A stretch of DNA of 64,000 nucleotides from an uncultured Acidimicrobiales bacterium (GTDB lineage Bacteria > Actinomycetota > Acidimicrobiia > Acidimicrobiales > CAWCAL01): assembly GCA_963695075.1 (NCBI GenBank), contig CAVOFR010000007.1, positions 1,312,925 through 1,376,924 on the forward strand. Direction: 5' to 3'. This document shows positions 38,440 through 46,890 of this stretch, in pieces. Position 1 is the first letter of the stretch. Each line of letters opens with the position of its first letter. Under the pieces are notes generated by a model. It searched no databases, had not been told where the DNA came from, and worked only from the letters and a program-made list of their open reading frames with translations. Made by a program: the position numbers and the translations under genes.

Positions 38440-39321
38440 GTGAAGTTCACGAATGCACTCATCGGCGCGCGGCCGGAGCACTATCTCGAGCTCGCTCGGG
38501 CGTCGGAGGCTGCAGGCTTCGACTCGGTGACGCTCTCGGACCACGTCTTTTCGCCCGGGACGGTCGAGTCGGCCTACCCGTACACGCCGGACGGCAAGCC
38601 GAGGTTGCTGGCTGAGGAGGACTGGCTCGATCCGTGGGTCACCATCGGAGCGATGGCCGCGGTCACGACGACCCTGCGGTTCATGACCAACGTGTACATC
38701 CTGCCGTTGCGCAACCCCTTCGTGGTGGCCAAGGCCGTCTCGACCGCGGCGGTGCTGTCGAACGACCGGTTGTCGCTCGGTGTCGGGGCCGGATGGATGC
38801 GCGAGGAGTTCGATCAGCTCGAGCAGCCGTTCTCGGGCCGCGGCAAGCGCATGAACGAGATGATCGATGTGCTCAGGACGCTGTGGTCCGGTGGCATGGT
38901 CGAGTACCACGGTGAGATCTACGACTTCGATCCCCTCGAGATGCGACCAGTCCCATCGCGGCCCGTTCCCATCATCATCGGCGGCCATTCGGACGCTGCG
39001 CTGGCACGGGCGGCACGGAGGGGCGACGGTTGGATCGGCGTCGAGTACTCGGTCGATGATCTCCTCGCTCACTGCGGGCGGCTGGGCGAGATGAGAGCCG
39101 ACGCCGGTCGAGCCGATGAGCCCTTCGAGATCTACGCTTCGCCGCTGGCCGCTCCGACGTCGGATCTTCTCGGAACCCTGGCCGACGCCGGCGTCACGTC
39201 GGTCCTCACATCGCCCACCATGGCGATGGCGCCCGATCTGGACCCCGCCGACCTGGACGGGACGAAGGAGGTCATCGCCAAGTACGGCGAGCTCGTGATC
39301 CAGCCGGGTGGCTTCGGGTGA
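38440..39321 (+). CDS. LLM-class (probably F420-dependent) oxidoreductase
   Basis: AEAAGFDS-like SEAAGFDSVTLSDHV, WLDPW, LPLRNPF, LGVGAGWMREEF, PIIIGG, RRGDGW. SD GGGAGG. Confidence 0.88.
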   Translation: MKFTNALIGARPEHYLELARASEAAGFDSVTLSDHVFSPGTVESAYPYTPDGKPRLLAEEDWLDPWVTIGAMAAVTTTLRFMTNVYILPLRNPFVVAKAVSTAAVLSNDRLSLGVGAGWMREEFDQLEQPFSGRGKRMNEMIDVLRTLWSGGMVEYHGEIYDFDPLEMRPVPSRPVPIIIGGHSDAALARAARRGDGWIGVEYSVDDLLAHCGRLGEMRADAGRADEPFEIYASPLAAPTSDLLGTLADAGVTSVLTSPTMAMAPDLDPADLDGTKEVIAKYGELVIQPGGFG

Positions 39322-39989
39322 CCGACGCGGTCGAGGCCGAGGCGGGGCCCCGGGCAGCCGACGGTCGGGTGCCCGGTCGTCGGGGCCGGGCCACGCGCAC
39401 CAAGCTGCTCGAACAGACCAGAGCGATGCTCCGGACGACCTCGTACCGCGACCTCAAGGTTGTGGACATCGCACGAGAGGCGGGGACCTCACCCGCCACC
39501 TTCTACCAGTACTTCCCCGATATCGAGGCCGCCATTCTCGTCCTGGCCGAGGACATGGCCACCGACGGCGTCCGGCGCTTCAGTGATCTCGTCCTCGAGC
39601 AGCCCTGGCGGGGTCGGAACGGATACGAGACCGCACAGAACCTGGTCACCGGCTTCGTCGAGTTCTGGTCCGATCACGCCGATGTACTGCGGGTCGTCGA
39701 GCTGGTCACCGAGGAAGGCGACGGCCGTTTCCGTCAGATCAGGACGCGCATGCTCAACGGTCTCACGGTCGCTCTGGCCGACGTGATCGAGATCGAGCAG
39801 CGAGCCGGTCGTCACCCCGAGCGCCTCGACCCCGCGGCGACGGCCGGAGTACTCGTGGCCATGCTGGCCAACGTCTCGGCCCGTCGCTACGGCTTCGAGT
39901 TCTGGGGCATCCGGACCGAGGACATGGAGTTCTCCATGGCCCGGGTGGTGTTCTCGGCGGTGACCGGTCAGCGCCCGCCCAAGGACTGA
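39318..39989 (+). CDS. TetR/AcrR family transcriptional regulator (candidate binder of the TGACG-N3-CGTCA operator)
   Basis: RGRATRTKLL...LKVVDIAREAGTSPATFYQYF HTH. GTGA overlap with the LLM gene. Confidence 0.9.
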   Translation: MTDAVEAEAGPRAADGRVPGRRGRATRTKLLEQTRAMLRTTSYRDLKVVDIAREAGTSPATFYQYFPDIEAAILVLAEDMATDGVRRFSDLVLEQPWRGRNGYETAQNLVTGFVEFWSDHADVLRVVELVTEEGDGRFRQIRTRMLNGLTVALADVIEIEQRAGRHPERLDPAATAGVLVAMLANVSARRYGFEFWGIRTEDMEFSMARVVFSAVTGQRPPKD

Positions 39990-40005
39990 CGGCTACGGTC
40001 CGCTC

Positions 40006-40314
40006 GTGCCCGACGAGCCCGATCCGCAGCTCTGGATGCCATATGGGCCGCCCCTCCCGGCCGCCAACACCAAGGCCACCGCCGCGCTGGTGTGCGGGAT
40101 CATCGGGATGCCGCTCGGTACCCTCTGCATGCTCGGCGTGGGTCTACCCATCGCCGCCATCGTCCTCGGCCATCAGGCCCGAGCCCAGATCAGCGTCACC
40201 GGGCAGCAGGGATGGTCCACAGCGACCGCGGGGATGGTCATGGGATACGTCGGTACGTCACTCATGATCCTGGCGCAGCTCCTGTCCATCGGCGTTGGCC
40301 TGTGGGGAGCCTGA
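40006..40314 (+). CDS. Small 2-TM DUF4190-like membrane protein
   Basis: TNTKA-like ANTKATAALVCGIIG, AIVLGHQARAQI, GQQGWSTATAGMVMGY. -10-like TACGGT 6 nt before GTG. Confidence 0.75.
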   Translation: MPDEPDPQLWMPYGPPLPAANTKATAALVCGIIGMPLGTLCMLGVGLPIAAIVLGHQARAQISVTGQQGWSTATAGMVMGYVGTSLMILAQLLSIGVGLWGA

Positions 40315-40386
40315 ACGGTCACCCTCGACGGACCGTCGGCGACCTACGGTGGACGGGGCCGAGCAGACGAGGACGGAGACGACACG

Positions 40387-40830
40387 ATGAGCGACTACCC
40401 CGAGGGACCCGATTGGTGGCAGGCCAGCGACCACAAGTGGTACCCGCCCGAGTCGGCACCCGGCCGGGTGACGCAACCCGCGATGCCGGCCCCGGGGCAG
40501 GTGCCGCCGACGCCCGGCGTGCCGCCGGCGCCGCAGATGCCGGGCTACCCGACGATGCAGGCCGGTCCCAAGAACAACGGTCTGGCCATAGCGTCGATGG
40601 TGACGAGCATCGTTTCCGTGTTCTGCCTGGGAGTGTTCGGCATCGTCGGCGCGATCATGGGCCATGTGGCGCTCGGCCAGGTCAACAAGTCGGGCGGCAC
40701 GCAGACCGGCAAGGGCATGGCCATCGCGGGCATCGTGATCGGTTGGCTCACCTTTGCGCTGTTCCTGGTCTACATAGTGCTCGTCGTTGCGGTCGCCGAC
40801 GACAGCTCGTGGACCTTCGAGACCTACTGA
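40387..40830 (+). CDS. DUF4190-like membrane protein with N-terminal WWQASDHKWYPP (DUF2510-like) motif and Pro-rich linker
   Basis: NNGLAIASMV, GAIMGHVALGQV, GKGMAIAGIVIGW. Confidence 0.78.
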   Translation: MSDYPEGPDWWQASDHKWYPPESAPGRVTQPAMPAPGQVPPTPGVPPAPQMPGYPTMQAGPKNNGLAIASMVTSIVSVFCLGVFGIVGAIMGHVALGQVNKSGGTQTGKGMAIAGIVIGWLTFALFLVYIVLVVAVADDSSWTFETY

Positions 40831-40840
40831 CCCCGGACCC

Positions 40841-41581
40841 GTGAGCCTCGACCGATTCACCGGCCGGGTCGCGCTGGTCACCGGAGCCGCGTCCGGGATC
40901 GGCCGGGCCACCGCCGAGCGCCTGTCGGCCGAAGGGGCCGCGGTGTGGTGCACCGACGTGGCGCCGGCGGTCGAGGTGGTAGCGGGGTCGCTCGACGACG
41001 GGGCCTGGTCGTGCTGCGACGTCGCCGATCCCGATCAGGTCCGGGACACCATCGCCGCGGTCGTGGAACGTCACGGGCGTTTGGACGTCCTCGTCAACAG
41101 CGCCGGGATCCTCCTGTTCGAAAACGCTCACGACACGACCTTCGAACAGTGGAATCGGGTCCTCGCCGTCAATCTCACCGGCACGTTCCTCTGCTCGATG
41201 GCGGCGCTGCCCCATCTCCTCGCCGGGGGCGGGGCGATCGTCAACATCTCGTCGTCAGCTGCACTCACCGGCCATCCGTGGGCGGCCGCCTACGGGGCAT
41301 CGAAGGGTGGTGTCCTGGCGCTCACCCGATCACTGGCGATCGAATACGGCCGACAGGGGCTCCGCGTGAATGCACTGTGCCCGAGCAACATCGCCACCCC
41401 GATCCGCGAAGAGTTCCGGTTTCCGGACGGCGCCGACCGCTCGCTGCTCGACCGGATCCTGCCGTACCACCTCGAAGGCAAGCCGGCCGACGTCGCCGCC
41501 GCCGTGGCGTTCCTGGCGTCGGACGAAGCGCGGCACGTCAACGGCGCCGAGCTGCGAGTCGACGGGGGCGACCTCTCGTGA
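40841..41581 (+). CDS. SDR family oxidoreductase
   Basis: TGAASGIG, NSAG, YGASK, RVDGG. Confidence 0.92.
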   Translation: MSLDRFTGRVALVTGAASGIGRATAERLSAEGAAVWCTDVAPAVEVVAGSLDDGAWSCCDVADPDQVRDTIAAVVERHGRLDVLVNSAGILLFENAHDTTFEQWNRVLAVNLTGTFLCSMAALPHLLAGGGAIVNISSSAALTGHPWAAAYGASKGGVLALTRSLAIEYGRQGLRVNALCPSNIATPIREEFRFPDGADRSLLDRILPYHLEGKPADVAAAVAFLASDEARHVNGAELRVDGGDLS

Positions 41582-42444
41582 AGTTCGGCATCCTGCCGCC
41601 CTATCGCACCGGGGTGACCGCGGATGCCCGCTGGATGACCGCGTTCGTGCAACACGCCGAGGAGCTGGGATTCGAGTCGGTGTACGTGGTCGAGCACGTC
41701 GTCGTGGTCTCGGGCTACGCCGAGCGGTACCCCTACTCCACGACGGGACGCATGCCTCTGCCCGACGACTGCGACATCCCCGATCCCCTCGAGCTGTTGG
41801 CCTATCTCGCCGCGGTGACCGAGCGGATCGTGTTGGCTACCGGCATCCTGGTGATGCCGCATCACCATCCACTCGTCCTCGCCAAGCGTCTCGCCACGCT
41901 CGACGTCCTCTCGGGAGGTCGAGTTCGTCTGGGCATCGGCGTCGGGTGGATGGAGGAGGAGCTCCAGGCCACGGGAATCGACTTCGCCACCCGCGGTCGA
42001 CGGACCGACGAGATCATCGACGCGATGCGGGTCACCTGGCGCGAGGAGGAGTCCACATTCATCGGGCGATTCTTCGAGTTCTCCCGAGCCCGCTCGTACC
42101 CCAAACCGCTGCAGGTCGGTGGCGTGCCCATACACATCGGCGGCCACAGCGAGACCGCTGCCCGTAGGGCAGGACGGCTCGGAGACGGCTTCCACCCCCT
42201 CGGACTCGACCCCGAGACGCTGTCGGAGCGCATGGCGATCCTCCGCCACACCGCTGACGAATACGGTCGGGATCCCGATGTGATCGAGCTGTCCCTGGGC
42301 GGTCATCTCACGACGGTCGACCGAGCTGCGGTCGATGCGATGGCCGAGCTGGGAGCCCACCGCATGGTGATCAGCACGGCGACGGCCGACCTCGACACAC
42401 TCCGTCGCGAGATGGACGAGTTCGCCCGCCGCGTGATCGGATAG
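41578..42444 (+). CDS. LLM-class (probably F420-dependent) oxidoreductase
   Basis: AEELGFES, EHVV, PDPL, ATLDVLSGGR, GVGWMEEE, IHIGG, GDGF. GTGA overlap. Confidence 0.88.
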   Translation: MKFGILPPYRTGVTADARWMTAFVQHAEELGFESVYVVEHVVVVSGYAERYPYSTTGRMPLPDDCDIPDPLELLAYLAAVTERIVLATGILVMPHHHPLVLAKRLATLDVLSGGRVRLGIGVGWMEEELQATGIDFATRGRRTDEIIDAMRVTWREEESTFIGRFFEFSRARSYPKPLQVGGVPIHIGGHSETAARRAGRLGDGFHPLGLDPETLSERMAILRHTADEYGRDPDVIELSLGGHLTTVDRAAVDAMAELGAHRMVISTATADLDTLRREMDEFARRVIG

Positions 42445-42449
42445 CCGCC

Positions 42450-43211
42450 ATGGAAGACTCGGAGTTCACGGCGCGGGTCGCTCTGGTGACCGGTGGCGGC
42501 TCGGGCATCGGAGCGGCCACGGCACGTCGATTCGCCTCGGCCGGGGCCGCCGTGGTGGTGGCGGACATCGACGAGGCGGGCGCCGCCGCCGTGGCCGGCC
42601 AGATCGTGACGGCCGGCGGGTCAGCCCGATCCGTCGGAGTCGACGTCACCGACGGTGGGCAGGTCGACGAAATGATCGCGGTCGCGGTCGACACCTTCGG
42701 CGGATTGGACCTCGCTTTCAACAACGCCGGGATCTCGGGCACGTTCGGTCCATTGGCCGATCTCTCGGTCGACGACTGGCAGCACACGATCGACGTCAAC
42801 CTGACGGGGGTGTTCCGGTGCCTGAAGGCCGAGGTCCCGCTGATGCTCGAGCGCGGAGGTGGATCGATCGTCAACACCAGCTCTGCTGCCGGCCAGATGG
42901 GATTCGCCATGCTCCCGGCCTACGTCGCGGCCAAGCATGGAGTGATCGGGCTCACCCGCAGCGCCGCCCTCGAGTATGCCCGGATCGGTATCAGGGTCAA
43001 CGCCGTGTTGCCGGGGACCGTGCACACACCGATGCTCGAGGCCTTCGCCGGTGGGGCCGATCGGGTCGCTGCCATGGCGGCACCTTCGCCGGCCGGCCGT
43101 GCGGGTACCCCCGAAGAGGTCGCCGAGGCGGCGGTCTGGCTGTGTTCCGATGCCGCCCGGTTCGTCAACGGACACTGCCTCGCAGTGGACGGGGGAGTGC
43201 TGGCCAGCTGA
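42450..43211 (+). CDS. SDR family oxidoreductase
   Basis: TGGGSGIG, NNAG, YVAAKHG, VDGG. Confidence 0.92.
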   Translation: MEDSEFTARVALVTGGGSGIGAATARRFASAGAAVVVADIDEAGAAAVAGQIVTAGGSARSVGVDVTDGGQVDEMIAVAVDTFGGLDLAFNNAGISGTFGPLADLSVDDWQHTIDVNLTGVFRCLKAEVPLMLERGGGSIVNTSSAAGQMGFAMLPAYVAAKHGVIGLTRSAALEYARIGIRVNAVLPGTVHTPMLEAFAGGADRVAAMAAPSPAGRAGTPEEVAEAAVWLCSDAARFVNGHCLAVDGGVLAS

Positions 43212-43281
43212 GGCGGGCACCGGCGGGAGGGGGACTGTTCTGGCACGGATTCGGCTCGCTCGGTACCTTCGATGGTTGGCG

Positions 43282-43653
43282 ATGAACACTCGAGGGATCC
43301 AGTTCCCGGGGGAGCACCTCGGGACCAAAGGCACGGACGAGCTCACCTCGGCTGACGCGCGTCGACGTTGGCATTTCGTCGTCGCTCTCGTCGTGCTGAA
43401 CGGAGCCGATCTCCTCACCACGCACTTCGTCCTGGCGAACGGCGGCCAGGAGACCAACCCGCTCATGGCTCCGATCATCGACGGATGGTTGGTCCCGGTG
43501 GTGGCGAAGTGCCTGGCCTTGATGGCCGTGGCGCTCTGCGTGGCCGCGAGACCGGCCAAGTCTCGGTTGGTCGACTGGGCTCTGGTGATCACCACCGGGT
43601 GGTATGGCGGAGTCGTCGCCTGGAACACCGTCGTCATCGTCCTGCTCCGCTGA
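43282..43653 (+). CDS. Small membrane protein (DUF5658-like)
   Basis: LNGADLLTT, GGQETNPLM, three hydrophobic helices. Confidence 0.65.
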   Translation: MNTRGIQFPGEHLGTKGTDELTSADARRRWHFVVALVVLNGADLLTTHFVLANGGQETNPLMAPIIDGWLVPVVAKCLALMAVALCVAARPAKSRLVDWALVITTGWYGGVVAWNTVVIVLLR

Positions 43654-43654
43654 C

Positions 43655-44170
43655 ATGGCATTCACCATGCGTCGGCACGCGGCCCGCGTGATACTGCTGG
43701 ATCGCTCCCTCGAACACGTATTCATGATCCACGCGTCCGATCCTGCCGATCGGACCAAGCGCGACTGGTGGGAGACCCCCGGGGGAGGCATCCACCACGG
43801 TGAGGGTTCGGCCGAGACCGCCATGCGGGAGCTCTACGAGGAAGCGGGGATCACCGAAGGCGAGGTGGGTCCCTGCGTCGCGGTCCAACAGGTCGAATTC
43901 GATTTCGGCGGCCTGCACTTCGATCAGGACGAACGGGTGCACGTGGCGTGGATCGACGAGATACCGAGCGATGCGCGGCCCCGGGGACTCGAGGCGCTGG
44001 AGGTCGCGGCGTTCATGGGGAGCCGGTGGTGGCCGGTCGGCGAATTGATGACGGCAGAGGTGGCCGTCCTCCCGGTGCGCCTGCGCGAGCTTCTACCGAT
44101 CCTGGTGAACGGTGATCTGCCGGCCGAGCCCATCGACATCACGCCACCCGAGGATCTCGTCTGGCCCTGA
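43655..44170 (+). CDS. NUDIX hydrolase
   Basis: AARVILLD, WETPGGG, Nudix box GGGIHHGEGSAETAMRELYEEAG. Confidence 0.9.
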   Translation: MAFTMRRHAARVILLDRSLEHVFMIHASDPADRTKRDWWETPGGGIHHGEGSAETAMRELYEEAGITEGEVGPCVAVQQVEFDFGGLHFDQDERVHVAWIDEIPSDARPRGLEALEVAAFMGSRWWPVGELMTAEVAVLPVRLRELLPILVNGDLPAEPIDITPPEDLVWP

Positions 44171-44238
44171 GCCGGATTGCCGGCGATGATCCGCCGGAGC
44201 CCCAAACCGCCGGTCTCCGCCGGTCGGCGGAGCCCCTA

Positions 44239-44257
44239 GGCTGACGGTCCGTCAGGA
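44239..44257. promoter_or_regulatory. Palindromic operator, copy 4 (ggCTGACGG-T-CCGTCAGga)
   Basis: Perfect 15-bp core at 44241-44255. Overlaps -10-like TAGGCT (44237-44242). Ends 23 nt before ATG 44281. Confidence 0.82.
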
Positions 44258-44280
44258 ATCGTGGACCGAGGGGATTCGTC

Positions 44281-45816
44281 ATGCCGACCAGCCGATCACT
44301 CTGGGGGCTCGTCACCGAGCGCGCGACCGAGACGCCCGACGCGCTGATGATGGTCGACGAGCACGACCGTACGATGACCTTCGCCGAATACCTCCTTGCA
44401 GCCGAGCGGGCCGCCGCCGGGCTGGCCGACCTGGGCCTCGGACCCGGAGACGTCGTGGCCTGGCAGCTGCCGACGTGGATCGAGTCGGCCGTCCTGGTCG
44501 CCGCCCTGTCCCGTCTCGGTGTGACCCAGAACCCCATCCTCCCGATCTATCGCGAGCGAGAGGTCGGCTTCTGCACCAAGCAGGCCGGTGCCAAGATGCT
44601 GATCGTTCCCTCCGTCTGGAACAACGTGGATTTCCGGGCCATCGGTGAGACGGTCGCCGCCGAGAACGGCATGGGCATGTCGGTCCTGGTCGCCGACAAC
44701 GTCCTGCCCGAGGGCGACGCGTCGACCCTGCCACCGGCGCCGACCGAAGAGGACGCCGACGCGGTTCGCTGGCTTTTCTACACCTCCGGCACGACCGCTG
44801 ATCCGAAGGGCGCCCAACACACCGACGCGTCCATCGCTGCGATCGGCTCGGCCATGGGCGAGCGCCTCCGCTGCGGCCCCGACAGCCGCAACGGGATGGT
44901 CTTCCCCTTCACGCACATCGGTGGGATCACGTGGCTGTTCACGAGTCTCCAGACCCGGTGCGCCAACATCTTCATCGAAGCGTTCGTGCCCGATCTGATC
45001 GTGAGAACGCTCGGCAGGAACCGGGTCACGCACGCCGGCGCCGGAACGGTCTTCCACCAGGCGTATCTCGCGGCGCAGAAGGAATCCGAGGAGCCGATCT
45101 TCCCCGACGTCACCTGCTTTCCGGGCGGTGGTGCCCCCAAGCCACCACAGCTCCACGCCGCCCTGCTCGAGGCCTTCCCCATGTCGGCGGGCGTTCTGTC
45201 CGGCTACGGGCTCACCGAAGCGCCGATCCTCACGATGTGCGACTTCGAGATGGATGACGAGGCACTGGCGACGACCGAGGGGTACGCGATGCCCGGAGTC
45301 GATCTGAAGCTGGTGACCGTCGACGGCGAGGTGGCCGGCACCGGTGAGGAGGGGGAAGTGCGGGCGAAAGCTCCGCAGCTCATGAAGGGATACCTGGACT
45401 CGACGCTCGATGCCGCCGGCTTCGACGACGAGGGCTACTTCCGGACCGGCGACCTCGGCCGACTCGACGAGAAGGGGAATCTGGTGATCACCGGCCGGTT
45501 GAAGGACGTGATCATCCGCAAGGGCGAGAACGTCTCGGCCAAGGAGGTCGAGGACGTGCTCCACGCCAACGAAAAGGTGGGCGACGTCGCCGTGATCGGT
45601 CTGCCGGACGAGCGCAGCGGCGAGCGGGTGTGCGCGGTTGTCCAGACCGCCGGCGGGCAGGATGACCTGACGATGGAAGAGATGGTCGAGTTCTGCAAGG
45701 GCAGCGGGCTGATGATCCAGCGCGTGCCCGAGCAGCTCGAGATCATCGACACCATTCCCCGCAACCCGGCCGGCAAGGTCATGAAACACGTCCTCAAGGA
45801 CCAATACACCGCCTGA
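44281..45816 (+). CDS. Acyl-CoA synthetase (AMP-binding enzyme)
   Basis: YTSGTTADPKG, GYGLTE, YFRTGDLG, RLKDVIIRKGEN, PAGKV. Confidence 0.93.
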   Translation: MPTSRSLWGLVTERATETPDALMMVDEHDRTMTFAEYLLAAERAAAGLADLGLGPGDVVAWQLPTWIESAVLVAALSRLGVTQNPILPIYREREVGFCTKQAGAKMLIVPSVWNNVDFRAIGETVAAENGMGMSVLVADNVLPEGDASTLPPAPTEEDADAVRWLFYTSGTTADPKGAQHTDASIAAIGSAMGERLRCGPDSRNGMVFPFTHIGGITWLFTSLQTRCANIFIEAFVPDLIVRTLGRNRVTHAGAGTVFHQAYLAAQKESEEPIFPDVTCFPGGGAPKPPQLHAALLEAFPMSAGVLSGYGLTEAPILTMCDFEMDDEALATTEGYAMPGVDLKLVTVDGEVAGTGEEGEVRAKAPQLMKGYLDSTLDAAGFDDEGYFRTGDLGRLDEKGNLVITGRLKDVIIRKGENVSAKEVEDVLHANEKVGDVAVIGLPDERSGERVCAVVQTAGGQDDLTMEEMVEFCKGSGLMIQRVPEQLEIIDTIPRNPAGKVMKHVLKDQYTA

Positions 45817-45823
45817 CCAAGCC

Positions 45824-45874
45824 GGATATGGAGTCGCTGGCCTACCGTCATTGTGGGTAGGTGGCTCCATATTC
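45824..45874. repeat. 51-nt palindromic intergenic element, copy D
   Basis: GGATATGGAGTCGC-N23-GTGGCTCCATATTC. 34/51 ungapped identity to copy C, with all arm differences retaining pairing. Confidence 0.8.
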
Positions 45875-45913
45875 CGTTGGTGACTTCGCGTTCGGACGGA
45901 CGCCACGGTTAGC

Positions 45914-45932
45914 ATCTGACGGTCCGTCAGAA
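45914..45932. promoter_or_regulatory. Palindromic operator, copy 5 (ATCTGACGG-T-CCGTCAGAA)
   Basis: One terminal mismatch. Overlaps -10-like TAGCAT (45910-45915). Ends 46 nt before ATG 45979. Confidence 0.82.
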
Positions 45933-45978
45933 GTGGTTCGTCGCACGCACGGATCGCCACATCGGTAGGGAGTTGTGC

Positions 45979-46890
45979 ATGGGAATGCTCGATGGCAAGG
46001 TCGCGATCGTGACGGGAGCGGGCCACGGCATCGGCCGGGGCCACGCCATGGAGTTGGCCGAACACGGCGCGAAGGTCATCGTCAACGACCTCGGTGGGTC
46101 GGTCCAGGGCGAGGGGGAGGGTCGCGACGCCGATCTGACCGTCGACATCATCGCCGGGCGCGGCGGAGAGGCATCGGCCAACTACGGCAACGTGGCCAGT
46201 TTCTCCGATGCCGGTGAGATGGTCCAGCAGGCGGTCGACATCTACGGGCGCCTCGACATCCTGGTCAACAACGCCGGCATCGTGCGCGACTCGGCCATCT
46301 GGAACATGTCGGAGCAGGACTTCGACGCCGTGATCGCCGTGCACCTCAAGGGGACCTGGGCCCCTTCGCATCACGCCGCGGTTCACTGGCGCGGCGAGGC
46401 GAAGGCGGGCAACCCCGTGGCCGGCCGGATCATCAACACCACGTCGGGTGCCGGGCTGGTCGGGAACTTCGGCCAGACCAACTACGCCAGCGCCAAAGCC
46501 GCCATCGCCAGCATGACCCAGACCCTCAGCCTCGAGTTGGCCCGGAGCGGTGTCACCGTCAACTGCGTCGGGCCCGCTGCGGCCACCCGCATCACCGGGA
46601 CGATGCCGGGCGCTCCCGAGGTGATAGAGGCCGACGAGGTCCCCGACGACGAGTTCAATCCCATGGACCCCGCCGGCGCGTCGCCGCTGGTCGCGTGGCT
46701 TGCCAGTGACGAAGCCGACCACGTGACGGGTCAGATCATCCGCTGCGTCGGTGGCACGATCGTCCTCATGGAGGGCTGGACCGACGGCCCGAGCATCGAC
46801 TGCGGCGGTAAGCGATGGGATGCCACCAAGCTCGGCACGCAACTGGCAACCGACGTCTTCAAGACCCGAGCGCCCGGCCTGCGGTTCTAG
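45979..46890 (+). CDS. SDR family oxidoreductase (long, hydroxyacyl-CoA-dehydrogenase-like)
   Basis: TGAGHGIG, VNDLGGS, NNAGIVRD, GNFGQTNYASAKA. Confidence 0.9.
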   Translation: MGMLDGKVAIVTGAGHGIGRGHAMELAEHGAKVIVNDLGGSVQGEGEGRDADLTVDIIAGRGGEASANYGNVASFSDAGEMVQQAVDIYGRLDILVNNAGIVRDSAIWNMSEQDFDAVIAVHLKGTWAPSHHAAVHWRGEAKAGNPVAGRIINTTSGAGLVGNFGQTNYASAKAAIASMTQTLSLELARSGVTVNCVGPAAATRITGTMPGAPEVIEADEVPDDEFNPMDPAGASPLVAWLASDEADHVTGQIIRCVGGTIVLMEGWTDGPSIDCGGKRWDATKLGTQLATDVFKTRAPGLRF

